NCBI GenBank assembly: GCA_045542055.1 | Contig: JAZQKH010000021.1 | Location: 7,963 to 71,962 of the forward strand | Reading direction: 5' to 3' | DNA: 64,000 nucleotides | From: Christensenellaceae bacterium | GTDB lineage: Bacteria; Bacillota; Clostridia; Christensenellales; Borkfalkiaceae | Shown here: positions 48,592 to 56,685 of the stretch, piece after piece | Numbering within the stretch: position 1 is the stretch's first letter | How the letters are laid out: each line of letters starts with the position of its first letter | The notes under the pieces: model-generated | The model's input: the letters and a program-made list of their open reading frames with translations, nothing else | The model's database searches: none | Told to the model about the DNA's origin: nothing | Translations under genes and position numbers: made by a program

Positions 48592-50049
48592 TTATTTGCC
48601 ACGCTTCCACGTTCTTGGTGTAAACAGTATAATCATTGGAAATATTTCCAGTCTGCCCGCAAGCATTACTATTGAAAGCACTATCTTAGAAAAACCGCTA
48701 TAACCCGCAAAATTACCCATAGAACCTATAATGTCGTTAACCGTCGGCCCTACGTTGCCTATACAGGTAAGCGTAGCGGTAAAGTGCGTATATAGGTCGC
48801 CGTAACTATCAAGCGATAATAATAGCGAAGACACGATTACGATTGCCACCCATAAAATAAAATACGTTCTAACGTTACGTTCAACGTCACGAGCGAGTGG
48901 TTCACCTTCAAACATAACTGCGTTAACCGAGCGTGAACGCAAATTCTTTTTAATGTCTTTGGTGCTTGACTTAAACAAAATCATCAAACGAGAAACCTTT
49001 ATACCGCCCCCCGTAGAGCCACCACATGCACCTATTACGGTTAAAAATAGTAGTAAACCTTTTGATAACGCAGGCCAACTATCAAAATTCGTGCTTACGA
49101 AACCGGTAGTTGATATTATTGCAGCCGTTTGAAAAGAAGAGTATCTAAGCGACGTCCAAAAACTACCTGTGATGGATAAAATATTTATCGCTATAGTTAG
49201 TATAGCAAAAAAAACTATAATCAAATAGGTTAAAAACTCTTCACTTTTCAATCCCTTGGTTGCCTTGCCAATTAAAATAAGGTAATACACGTTAAAGTTT
49301 ACGCCAAACAACAACATAAATATGGTAACAACCGTTTCAACGTATACGCTGTTATAGTGCAAAATACTGTCACCGTATGCGGAAAAACCACCAGTACCAG
49401 CGGTTGAAAAGGCTGTTAGCAAACTTTCATAAAAACTCATACCACCAAAGTATAGCATAAGGGTCATAATGGTGGTAAGCGCCAAATAAATGCAGTATAA
49501 TATCAAAGCGGTGTTTCTAATTTTGCTTACCAATTTACTTGCAGAAGGCCCAGGTGATTCCGCACGGAAAACGTGCATGGTATTTGCGTTTGACGGAAAG
49601 AGCGCTATTAAAAACACCAAAACACCCATACCGCCTATCCAATGTTGGAATATACGCCAAAACATTATGCTTTTGGGTAAAGAGATTTCCGTTGTAGAAA
49701 GGTTTAATATTGTGCTACCCGTGGTCGTAAAGCCTGAAACCGTTTCAAAAAAGGCACTTGGAAAATCGCTTATAAAACCGCTAATTAAATATGGCACGCA
49801 ACCGACTACGGATATGAGAATCCAAACGAGCGCCACTATTACAAAGCCTTCTTTTGCATACAAAGACTTATCCCTAACTCTCATTAAGGATAACGGCGTA
49901 CCAACCAAAAGCAGACCGCAAACAGGGATTAAAAAAGCGTTTACGACGTTTTCAGCGTATATATAGGCAACCAATATAGGCAAGCACATTAAAAAGGCTA
50001 GCACTATAAAGATTTTGCCAAGCATGTTTAGAATAATCTTATAGTTCAT
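48592..50049 (-). CDS. trkH: TrkH/KtrB-family K+ transporter membrane subunit
   Basis: 485 aa and polytopic, with repeated selectivity-filter-like segments (TTTGST, TAGTGGF, STTGF, GGSTGGGIK). Confidence 0.85.
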   Translation of the reverse strand: MNYKIILNMLGKIFIVLAFLMCLPILVAYIYAENVVNAFLIPVCGLLLVGTPLSLMRVRDKSLYAKEGFVIVALVWILISVVGCVPYLISGFISDFPSAFFETVSGFTTTGSTILNLSTTEISLPKSIMFWRIFQHWIGGMGVLVFLIALFPSNANTMHVFRAESPGPSASKLVSKIRNTALILYCIYLALTTIMTLMLYFGGMSFYESLLTAFSTAGTGGFSAYGDSILHYNSVYVETVVTIFMLLFGVNFNVYYLILIGKATKGLKSEEFLTYLIIVFFAILTIAINILSITGSFWTSLRYSSFQTAAIISTTGFVSTNFDSWPALSKGLLLFLTVIGACGGSTGGGIKVSRLMILFKSSTKDIKKNLRSRSVNAVMFEGEPLARDVERNVRTYFILWVAIVIVSSLLLSLDSYGDLYTHFTATLTCIGNVGPTVNDIIGSMGNFAGYSGFSKIVLSIVMLAGRLEIFPMIILFTPRTWKRGK

Positions 50050-50050
50050 A

Positions 50051-51403
50051 CTATTTAAATATTTGGTCGAGTTTAGAAATTTGTTTTACGCCCGTTACGA
50101 CGATAACCTTATCCCCTTCTAAAATGGCGGTGTCACCACTCGGAAGAACAAATTGGTCTTCACGAACTATGCCACCTATAAGACCGTCTTTTTTCATACG
50201 CAAAGTCTTTAGGGGTTTACCAAGATGCTTAAACTGGCCATCAACCAAAAATTCCAACGCTTCCGCCTTGTCGTTTAAGCGATAATAGGTGTTTATACCT
50301 TTAGCTTCATCAGTCTTGTTTGCCCTTATAAATCTTAAAATATGGTTTGCAATGGCTATTCGTGGCGATATTACCGTATCCAAGCCAAGGTTGGTCGCCA
50401 TGCTTAAAAGATTCGGGCGGTCAAGTTTAGTTATAATCTTGCCATTGTTTTTTTGCTTTGCATAAAGCGAAATCATAACGTTGCCTTCGTCAAAACCCGT
50501 TAAAGTTACGCAAGCGTCGGTATCGGCAATGCCTTCTTCATCAAGTAGACTTTGGTCAGTGCCGTCACCCAAAATTACGGTCGCCTTGGGCAAATTTTCG
50601 GCAAGTTGAGTGCAACGTGCTTCGCTACTTTCAACAATCTTTACGTCCGTCCCTTTTTTAAGAAGAGTGTCTGCAAGATAATACGTTACCATACCGCCAC
50701 CGACTACGAATACGCTTTTTGCAGGACTTTTATACAACTTAATCTTTTTGCAAAATAGCGCAACGTCCTTTTCGTTGCCAATAAGGTAAATCTTGTCACC
50801 GTTATCAAGTATAAAATCGCCGTGCGGTATATAGGTCTTTTTACCCCTTACTACTAAGCCGAAAAGCACCTTACACCCCATTGCTCTCGACACGTCCATA
50901 ACGGAATTGCCTGCAATTTGGTTGTCGCTTGAAATCAAAAATTCCGCCATAATGGCTTTGCCACTTGCAAAACTTTCAACGTTAAGTGCCGACGGGAAGT
51001 TTAGAACGTTATCAATTTCTTCAGCAGTTTTCTGTTCGGGGTTAAACACCATATCTAACCCCAAGTCGTTGCGAAGGTTTTCAATCTCCCTAAAATACTC
51101 AGGGTCCCTTACACGAGCAACGGCGTGCTTTGCACCAAGTTTCTTGGCAAGAACACACGCAAGTATATTAAGCTCGTCACGATTAGCGCAAGCTATAATA
51201 ACGTCGGCTTGGTCTGCGCCCGCTTCCACTAAAACGTCACGCTCTAAGCCACCGCCAACTATTCCACGAACGTCGTACAAGTTAACCAAGTGTTCAACTA
51301 ATTTGCCGTTGGTGTCAAGTATAGTTACGTCGTGATTCTCTCTGATAAAATGTTGTAATAGGGCTTCGCCAACCCCACCTACGCCTATAAGAATAATTTT
51401 CAT
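50051..51403 (-). CDS. trkA: Trk system NAD-binding subunit TrkA (tandem RCK)
   Basis: MKIILIGVGGVGEAL and a second Rossmann fold VFVVGGGMVTYYLA; 450 aa. Confidence 0.9.
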   Translation of the reverse strand: MKIILIGVGGVGEALLQHFIRENHDVTILDTNGKLVEHLVNLYDVRGIVGGGLERDVLVEAGADQADVIIACANRDELNILACVLAKKLGAKHAVARVRDPEYFREIENLRNDLGLDMVFNPEQKTAEEIDNVLNFPSALNVESFASGKAIMAEFLISSDNQIAGNSVMDVSRAMGCKVLFGLVVRGKKTYIPHGDFILDNGDKIYLIGNEKDVALFCKKIKLYKSPAKSVFVVGGGMVTYYLADTLLKKGTDVKIVESSEARCTQLAENLPKATVILGDGTDQSLLDEEGIADTDACVTLTGFDEGNVMISLYAKQKNNGKIITKLDRPNLLSMATNLGLDTVISPRIAIANHILRFIRANKTDEAKGINTYYRLNDKAEALEFLVDGQFKHLGKPLKTLRMKKDGLIGGIVREDQFVLPSGDTAILEGDKVIVVTGVKQISKLDQIFK

Positions 51404-51410
51404 AAGTTAT

Positions 51411-51439
51411 ATTATATTCCTTTAAATTGCTTTTGTCAA
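51411..51439 (-). promoter_or_regulatory. Consensus promoter placing +1 at or next to the trkA AUG (candidate leaderless mRNA)
   Basis: Minus strand reads TTGACA (51439-51434), a 17-nt spacer, TATAAT (51416-51411), then ATAACTT and ATG (51403). No SD lies at a functional distance. Confidence 0.5.
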
Positions 51440-51509
51440 CATTGAAGCGCTTGCTTTTCGTTTATATCTATTTAGAATAATACAGCACCTTTGGAAGTAA
51501 ACTATCCAT

Positions 51510-52115
51510 ATGGCAGACTTTTTTGAGCATTGTAATTTAAATAAGATTTATAGAATACTTAGTATAATTATGGCAATTTGCTGGGGATTTTTTGCAGTGT
51601 GCCTTGTTGTTACGGGATTTTTGCGTGCCAAAGTTTACCCCGTAAAATACAAAATAGAAGTTCTGCAATATTCTAAAGAATTTAATTTACCATCGGAATT
51701 AGTTTTTTCGGTAATAAATACGGAAAGTTCTTTTAATGCAAAAGCCGTAAGTAAAGTAGGCGCAGTGGGGCTTATGCAAATAAAGCCGTCAACGGCAACG
51801 TATATTTCTGAAAAACTTAACGTTTATGATTACGATTTAACAAGCCCCGCCTTAAACGTTCGATTTGGTTGCTACTATTTAAGATATTTGCTTAATAGGT
51901 TTAAGATAACCGACACCGCACTGTGCGCATATAACGCTGGCGAAGGTACGGTTAGTAAATGGCTAAACGATAAAAGGTTTTCTTTAGACCAAAGAACGCT
52001 AATATCTATACCTTATAAAGAAACCAACGATTATATACAAAAAATTCATAAATGTTTGATAAATTATAAAAAATTGTACGGAAAATTTCTTGACAAAAGC
52101 ACAAAATTTAGTTAA
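51510..52115 (+). CDS. Lytic transglycosylase (SLT domain) with N-terminal membrane anchor
   Basis: It has the catalytic-Glu context VINTESSFNAKAVSKVGAVGLMQI and AYNAG; 201 aa. Confidence 0.8.
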   Translation: MADFFEHCNLNKIYRILSIIMAICWGFFAVCLVVTGFLRAKVYPVKYKIEVLQYSKEFNLPSELVFSVINTESSFNAKAVSKVGAVGLMQIKPSTATYISEKLNVYDYDLTSPALNVRFGCYYLRYLLNRFKITDTALCAYNAGEGTVSKWLNDKRFSLDQRTLISIPYKETNDYIQKIHKCLINYKKLYGKFLDKSTKFS

Positions 52116-52118
52116 TAT
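52090..52118 (+). promoter_or_regulatory. tRNA-Leu promoter, embedded in the 3' end of the SLT gene
   Basis: TTGACA (52090-52095), a 17-nt spacer, then TAATAT (52113-52118), 11 nt before the tRNA 5' end. Confidence 0.6.
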
Positions 52119-52129
52119 ATATAGGCTAC

Positions 52130-52212
52130 GTGAGGGTGGCGGAATTGGCAGACGCGTACGTTTGAGGGGCGTATGGTTATCCGTGTGGGTTCAAGTCCCA
52201 TCCTTCACACCA
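52130..52212 (+). tRNA. tRNA-Leu, anticodon GAG (type II, long variable arm, CCA encoded)
   Basis: Acceptor GTGAGGG/CCTTCAC (one G.U), D arm GCG-GAATTGGCAGA-CGC, anticodon arm TACGT-TTGAGGG-GCGTA, variable arm TGGTTATCCGT, T arm GTGGG-TTCAAGT-CCCAT, discriminator A, then CCA. Confidence 0.9.
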
Positions 52213-52218
52213 GAAAAA

Positions 52219-52252
52219 CATAAATCGAACATAGTTTGGTTTATGTTTTTTT
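52219..52252 (+). terminator. Terminator-like hairpin directly after tRNA-Leu
   Basis: CATAAATCGAA-catag-TTTGGTTTATG is an 11-bp stem with 3 G.U pairs, followed by T7. Confidence 0.6.
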
Positions 52253-52270
52253 GTTTTCGCAAAGAAATTG

Positions 52271-52283
52271 ATGGGACTTGAAC
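52271..52283 (-). repeat. Inverted copy of the tRNA-Leu T-arm segment
   Basis: ATGGGACTTGAAC is the reverse complement of GTTCAAGTCCCAT (tRNA positions 52189-52201). Confidence 0.85.
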
Positions 52284-52384
52284 GGGAGCGTTTGGAAAAT
52301 ATGCTTTGCTCAGCATATTTTTAGCGACCAGGCGTGATAGCAACTGCGGAGCAGGCTTGCCCTTGCTTTAGCAAGGTTGCGGAG

Positions 52385-52405
52385 CAAGTCCCATCCTTCA
52401 CACCA
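52385..52405 (+). repeat. Direct 21-nt duplicate of the tRNA-Leu 3' end (att-core-like)
   Basis: CAAGTCCCATCCTTCACACCA is identical to 52192-52212. The sequence upstream of the copy does not fold as a tRNA. Confidence 0.9.
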
Positions 52406-52430
52406 CGTCAGGTCAAATCGACATATTTGA

Positions 52431-52461
52431 AAAGCCGTGCTTTCGCACGGCTTATTTTTTT
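52431..52461. terminator. Strong terminator after the tRNA 3'-end duplicate
   Basis: aaAAGCCGTGC-tttc-GCACGGCTTattttttt. Confidence 0.8.
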
Positions 52462-52507
52462 ACACATAAAAAAGACTTGCATATCGACTAGTCTTTTTTT
52501 ATTAATT

Positions 52508-52870
52508 TTAACGACGTTTTCTTCTTTCTTTTTCCAACTCGGAAAGTTCATGCATTCTGTAATCCGTTTCTTGTTGTATTATGGATTTATAAACCATATC
52601 TTCCATACAGTATATTACTATTGCTACTATCACCACTATACAACATGCGATAAATAATACTACGTATAAGACAGGCATTGCCAAGAATTCTTCTAAGGTG
52701 AAAAACATAAAATTTATCCATATAATAATCATTGGAATAATTGCAACCCCACCTATCAATATACTTAAAAGTTGCTTGCGATGACATTTGTTTAGTTCTT
52801 TTTCTAACCTATCGGCATAATCGTTATTATTTTCTAAACTTCCATCTCTGTCGTAATCAAATCTACCCAT
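52508..52870 (-). CDS. Small two-TM membrane protein, unknown function
   Basis: 120 aa from MGRFDYDRDG (AAGGAG RBS). It has an acidic N-terminus, two hydrophobic helices and a basic tail ELEKERRKRR. The ORF-track start at 52939 is rejected because it would lie within the promoter region. Confidence 0.55.
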   Translation of the reverse strand: MGRFDYDRDGSLENNNDYADRLEKELNKCHRKQLLSILIGGVAIIPMIIIWINFMFFTLEEFLAMPVLYVVLFIACCIVVIVAIVIYCMEDMVYKSIIQQETDYRMHELSELEKERRKRR

Positions 52871-52910
52871 ACTCTTCTCCTTTGATAGCGTATTGCTATA
52901 TTTTGAATAT

Positions 52911-52939
52911 ATTATATTGCAGTTTGCTATAATTGTCAA
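52911..52939 (-). promoter_or_regulatory. Consensus promoter of the small membrane-protein gene, interleaved with the XRE-gene -10
   Basis: Minus strand reads TTGACA (52939-52934), a 17-nt spacer, then TATAAT (52916-52911). A plus-strand TATAAT at 52928-52933 lies inside that spacer. Confidence 0.55.
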
Positions 52940-52956
52940 TAAAAATGGGAGAAAAT

Positions 52957-53163
52957 ATGAAAATTTTTCAAGAAAGGCTAATTGAACAACGCAAACAGTT
53001 CAAATATACTCAAAGGCAAATGGCAGAGTTTTTGCAAATGGCACAACCGTCTTACATTAGGTATGAAAACGGCAGTTCTGAGCCAACGCTTGAAAACCTT
53101 GTTAAAATAGCCGATTTGCTTGACGTTTCGGTAGACTATCTTTTAGGTAGAGATGATATTTAA
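52957..53163 (+). CDS. XRE-family helix-turn-helix transcriptional regulator
   Basis: 68 aa from MKIFQERLIEQRK (GGGAG RBS). The HTH is YTQRQMAEFLQMAQPSYIRYENGSSEP. Confidence 0.85.
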   Translation: MKIFQERLIEQRKQFKYTQRQMAEFLQMAQPSYIRYENGSSEPTLENLVKIADLLDVSVDYLLGRDDI

Positions 53164-53169
53164 ATTTTA

Positions 53170-53196
53170 AGGTTCGCTAATTGCGAACTTTTTTTC
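53170..53196 (+). terminator. Terminator of the XRE gene
   Basis: GTTCGC-taatt-GCGAAC followed by T7. Confidence 0.65.
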
Positions 53197-53300
53197 TTTT
53201 ACCAGCATTTGCGTACTTTCACATTATAAATATTTTTCTTGCTATATTCGGCAATTTATGATATCATAAATACAGTTAAATACTATTTAGGAGTATTTTT

Positions 53301-54194
53301 ATGAAACTATTTGATATTTCAACCGACTCTACGTGCGACCTTTATGCACATGAAATTAAGGATAACGACCTTTTCTTTTTACCACTCACCTATTCACTGC
53401 AAGACAAAGACGGCAACGTTACCGAATACGTTGATAACTTTCAAAATAAAGACCAATACGTTGAGTATTTTAATAAAATTCGTGAAGGCTTAATGCCAAG
53501 AACGAGCATGAACAATCCAACTATCCATGAAGAACACTTTACGGCAATGGCGAAGTCTGGCGTTAAGGAAGCAATTCACTTTACCATAAGTTACGGCTTG
53601 TGCCGTACGGTTGACGTTGCAAGGGAAGCCGTGGAAAAGGTTAAAGAAACGTACCCTGACTTTAATTGCCTTTGCGTTGAGTGTAACACCACAACGATTG
53701 GTCAAGGCATGTTAGTTATGATAGCCGTTGACATGCGCAACCGTGGCAAGAGTTTACAGGAAACTTTTGATTACGTTGAATCTGTTAAAAGCAAAATTCA
53801 GCATTTTATTATAGTTGACAGCCTTAGCCACCTAATGCGTGGCGGAAGGATTTCGGCAACGAGTGCTATCGTTGGCGGTATGCTTAAAGTTAAGCCCATA
53901 CTTACCTTTAACAAGGAAGGCAAGTTGCAAAAGTATAAGCAATCCACCGGCTTAAAACACACCATCACCACAGCCGTTAAAGAAATGGAAAACTACACCG
54001 TTAATAAAGACTACCCCACAGTTTACGTTGCACATACCGATAACGAAGAAATGGCTAAGTTTATGGAAGCACAACTTCAAGCAAACTATAAAGTACAAAC
54101 GCAAGTTCGTATAGTTGGTCCGGTAATAGGTGCACACTTAGGACCGGGTGCTGTGGCATACGCTTTTATTTCTAACGAAGAAAGACCTTTATAA
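53301..54194 (+). CDS. DegV-family fatty-acid-binding protein
   Basis: DSTCDL start motif and MRGGRIS; 297 aa. Confidence 0.9.
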   Translation: MKLFDISTDSTCDLYAHEIKDNDLFFLPLTYSLQDKDGNVTEYVDNFQNKDQYVEYFNKIREGLMPRTSMNNPTIHEEHFTAMAKSGVKEAIHFTISYGLCRTVDVAREAVEKVKETYPDFNCLCVECNTTTIGQGMLVMIAVDMRNRGKSLQETFDYVESVKSKIQHFIIVDSLSHLMRGGRISATSAIVGGMLKVKPILTFNKEGKLQKYKQSTGLKHTITTAVKEMENYTVNKDYPTVYVAHTDNEEMAKFMEAQLQANYKVQTQVRIVGPVIGAHLGPGAVAYAFISNEERPL

Positions 54195-54228
54195 AGGTTT
54201 ATTGATACGTAAATACTGCAAAATAATT

Positions 54229-54257
54229 AAAGGAAGCAAAATTTTGCTTCCTTTTTT
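54229..54257. terminator. Bidirectional terminator between degV and the oxidoreductase gene
   Basis: AAAGGAAGCAAAATTTTGCTTCCTTT followed by a T-run. Confidence 0.8.
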
Positions 54258-54284
54258 GTTTTTTAGAAATATTGACTTTTGCAA

Positions 54285-55565
54285 TTAGTCTTGATGAACT
54301 TTTACGGCTTTGCCCGTCTTTCTTGATTCTTCAGCGCAAAGTGCGATTAGGTGACTTTCAACGCTTGCTTCTAAAGCAGTTACTTCTTCAGCACCATTGT
54401 AAATCATATCGTAAAGAGTTTCAACAAGCACTACGTCGCCACCACCGTGGCCAAAACCCGTTTTATCTTCGTCACATAGGTCAGAGCCTTTTATAACGTA
54501 GGGCTTTTGACCAAACCTGCAAACTTCTATAATATCCTTTGCTTCATCAAAGTTAATTTGACCGTTAGTGCCACGGAAGGTTGCACGTCTGCCAGAGTCT
54601 GCCGAGAAAGCCGACATAGTAAGGTTTGCTTTAACGCCGTTAGCAAAAGTCATAGTAACCATTTGGTTGTCAACAACGGTATTGTCACAAGCAAAGACGC
54701 ATCTGCCGTATAGGTTATCGGGCGAAGAATACGCCTTTCTCAACTTTTCTTCGGTGAGCGGAATATCGTAACAGCACATATTAAACGGCCATTGGTCTGC
54801 AGGGCTACCCTTTTCTTCCTTCCATCTGGTCACGTACACCCACTCGGCACTAAACGGACAAGTGTTTATATATTTACACTCAGAACATCTATCAGCAGCA
54901 CCTTCGGGTTGGAATTCTTTTTTAAAGAAAGACAAGTCACCGGTAGAGAACACCGTATCACACTTAGAGCCAACGTAATATTGCAAAAGGTCTAAGTCGT
55001 GACAGCATTTTTGCATAATCATAGGCGAAGCCTTTTCATCACGACGCCAGTTGCCACGAACGAAACTGTGGCATTGATGCCAAAACGCTACTTGTTCATC
55101 CCAATCAATAATTCTAAGGTCGCCGATTTCTTTAGAATCAACCAATTCTTTGAGTTTAGTAAATACGGGCGAATACCTTAAAACGTGACAAACCAAAACT
55201 TTTTGGGGATACTTCTTTTGTGCTTCTAAAAGAGCAAGCATTTCTTCCTTTACGGGCGAAATTGGTTTCTCTAATAGAATATGATAGCCGAGTTCTAACG
55301 CTTTGATTGCGTATGCAACGTGCTCTCTATCGTGAGTGCCGACGACCAAAACGTCCGCACGCTTTTCTTTTAAAAACTCTTCAGCGTTGGTAAAACAAAG
55401 TTCCTTTGCTATTCCCCACTCTTTTTCAAAACGAGCAAGCCTGTCTGGTTTAATTTCACAAAGTGAAACTATTTTATACTTATCTGGCATTCTAAACATA
55501 TGCTTGCCGTAGCAATGCCCACGTGCCCCTACGCCTAAAATTGCAACCGTACATGCTTTACTCAT
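54285..55565 (-). CDS. Gfo/Idh/MocA-family oxidoreductase with a Cys-rich insert
   Basis: VAILGVGARGH Rossmann fold and EKP motif (LLEKPISP). The insert is CSECKYINTCPF. Start set at Met11, where ATGAGTAA overlaps the upstream stop by 8 nt. Confidence 0.75.
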   Translation of the reverse strand: MSKACTVAILGVGARGHCYGKHMFRMPDKYKIVSLCEIKPDRLARFEKEWGIAKELCFTNAEEFLKEKRADVLVVGTHDREHVAYAIKALELGYHILLEKPISPVKEEMLALLEAQKKYPQKVLVCHVLRYSPVFTKLKELVDSKEIGDLRIIDWDEQVAFWHQCHSFVRGNWRRDEKASPMIMQKCCHDLDLLQYYVGSKCDTVFSTGDLSFFKKEFQPEGAADRCSECKYINTCPFSAEWVYVTRWKEEKGSPADQWPFNMCCYDIPLTEEKLRKAYSSPDNLYGRCVFACDNTVVDNQMVTMTFANGVKANLTMSAFSADSGRRATFRGTNGQINFDEAKDIIEVCRFGQKPYVIKGSDLCDEDKTGFGHGGGDVVLVETLYDMIYNGAEEVTALEASVESHLIALCAEESRKTGKAVKVHQD

Positions 55566-56685
55566 AAATCTTACCGCCTTTTTTAAATGTTTCAAAATCG
55601 TGCGTCATGCACCATAAATTATAATACTCAAAGTCTTTAGCGGAATAACCCTTAAGTAGTTCCCTAGACTTTTCAATCAAATAATCAAAATCGGGTTTTT
55701 GTGGCTCGCCCATCATTGTGTCAAGATTGCTATAGTAAATCTTTTTAAGCACCTTTTTGGGAAGTTTAATGCCCGTTAATTTGTTTCCTGCATAATCAAA
55801 CGTATCGTCCGTCTCCAAGAAACGCTCAACCATACTTGGTCTTATGCCCGAAATCTTCACAAACTGCGCTTGGTTTTCATAGTCGAAATTATAAGTGTCC
55901 GTACCATACACAATTTTATCGGCAAACCTTATAAAAAAGTCCCTCCAATATCCCCTATCTTCGGTTATATTTACGTAGTTATTCGTGCCTGGGCAAACGT
56001 CCATTTTAGTGTTTTCAAAGGACATAAACTTTTCGGCTATCTTTCTGTCGTAAGTCATAAAACCGAAGTGGGCTAACGTGAAGTTTAGCTTTGGGTGTTT
56101 TTCCAACATTTTAATAACTTCTTCCAAAAGCCGGTTAAACGACGGAAAAGTCTCGTCAAAACAACAACCCCTTTGAAGCCAATATTCGCTTATTTGGTCT
56201 TTATGCCACATATACTCAGCGTTGGCAAGGTGCATTATGATTGGAAAATTTTCCTTTTCACAATAATCGAAGAACAAGTCGTAAACTTCGTCGTCCAAGT
56301 CATAACCCAAAATCTTATGCAAGTTAGGGTGACCTTCATACATCTTCATACCGTCGTAGCCGACCTTTCTGAACTCTTTAACTTGCCTTAAAAGGTCTTC
56401 TGCAACCGCCTTTTTGTCAGATAAATCAAGTTTATCGTACTGCAAGCCGGCATATGCGTAAGCGTTTGGTGCAAATGCACACTTAAAATACATTGCCCTT
56501 AAATTATCTATGTAATCTGTGGTTTCCAAACCGAATCTTCCAGGAACGGGGTCGCAAGGCAACGCTAGGAACGTAGCCTTTTTAACCTTGAACGCTTCAA
56601 ACTCTTTCTTAAAAAGCCAGATAGATTCCCTTAGTGGAACTTTAAACCTAAAGGTATGTAAGTGCCCATCAAACTTCTTGTACAT
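55558..56685 (-). CDS. Amidohydrolase-superfamily (TIM-barrel metal hydrolase) protein
   Basis: N-terminal FDGHLH metal motif, MHLAN and TLAHFG; 375 aa. Confidence 0.6.
   Translation of the reverse strand: MYKKFDGHLHTFRFKVPLRESIWLFKKEFEAFKVKKATFLALPCDPVPGRFGLETTDYIDNLRAMYFKCAFAPNAYAYAGLQYDKLDLSDKKAVAEDLLRQVKEFRKVGYDGMKMYEGHPNLHKILGYDLDDEVYDLFFDYCEKENFPIIMHLANAEYMWHKDQISEYWLQRGCCFDETFPSFNRLLEEVIKMLEKHPKLNFTLAHFGFMTYDRKIAEKFMSFENTKMDVCPGTNNYVNITEDRGYWRDFFIRFADKIVYGTDTYNFDYENQAQFVKISGIRPSMVERFLETDDTFDYAGNKLTGIKLPKKVLKKIYYSNLDTMMGEPQKPDFDYLIEKSRELLKGYSAKDFEYYNLWCMTHDFETFKKGGKIYE

Noticed and set aside
52334-52405. A possible second tRNA gene ending in the duplicated CCTTCACACCA. GTGATAG lies exactly 72 nt upstream and could be the 5' acceptor strand.
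   Set aside because: Only 5 of 7 acceptor pairs form. The T-arm position (GCGGA-GCAAGT-CCCAT) is not self-complementary. The central hairpin (CCTTGC-TTTA-GCAAGG) has a 4-6-nt loop rather than a 7-nt anticodon loop. Only the last 21 nt resemble the real tRNA. I treat it as a repeat or scar, not a gene.
52411-52417. GGTCAAA heptad resembling a CtsR operator half-site just after the tRNA 3'-end duplicate.
   Set aside because: CtsR sites are tandem heptad repeats (GGTCAAA-NAN-GGTCAAA). Only a single heptad is present and no heat-shock gene follows.
52334-52657. 107-aa plus-strand ORF that spans the tRNA-fragment region and runs into the opposite-strand membrane-protein gene.
   Set aside because: It starts inside the repeat and hairpin region, crosses two terminators, has no RBS and is low in complexity. 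It is spurious.
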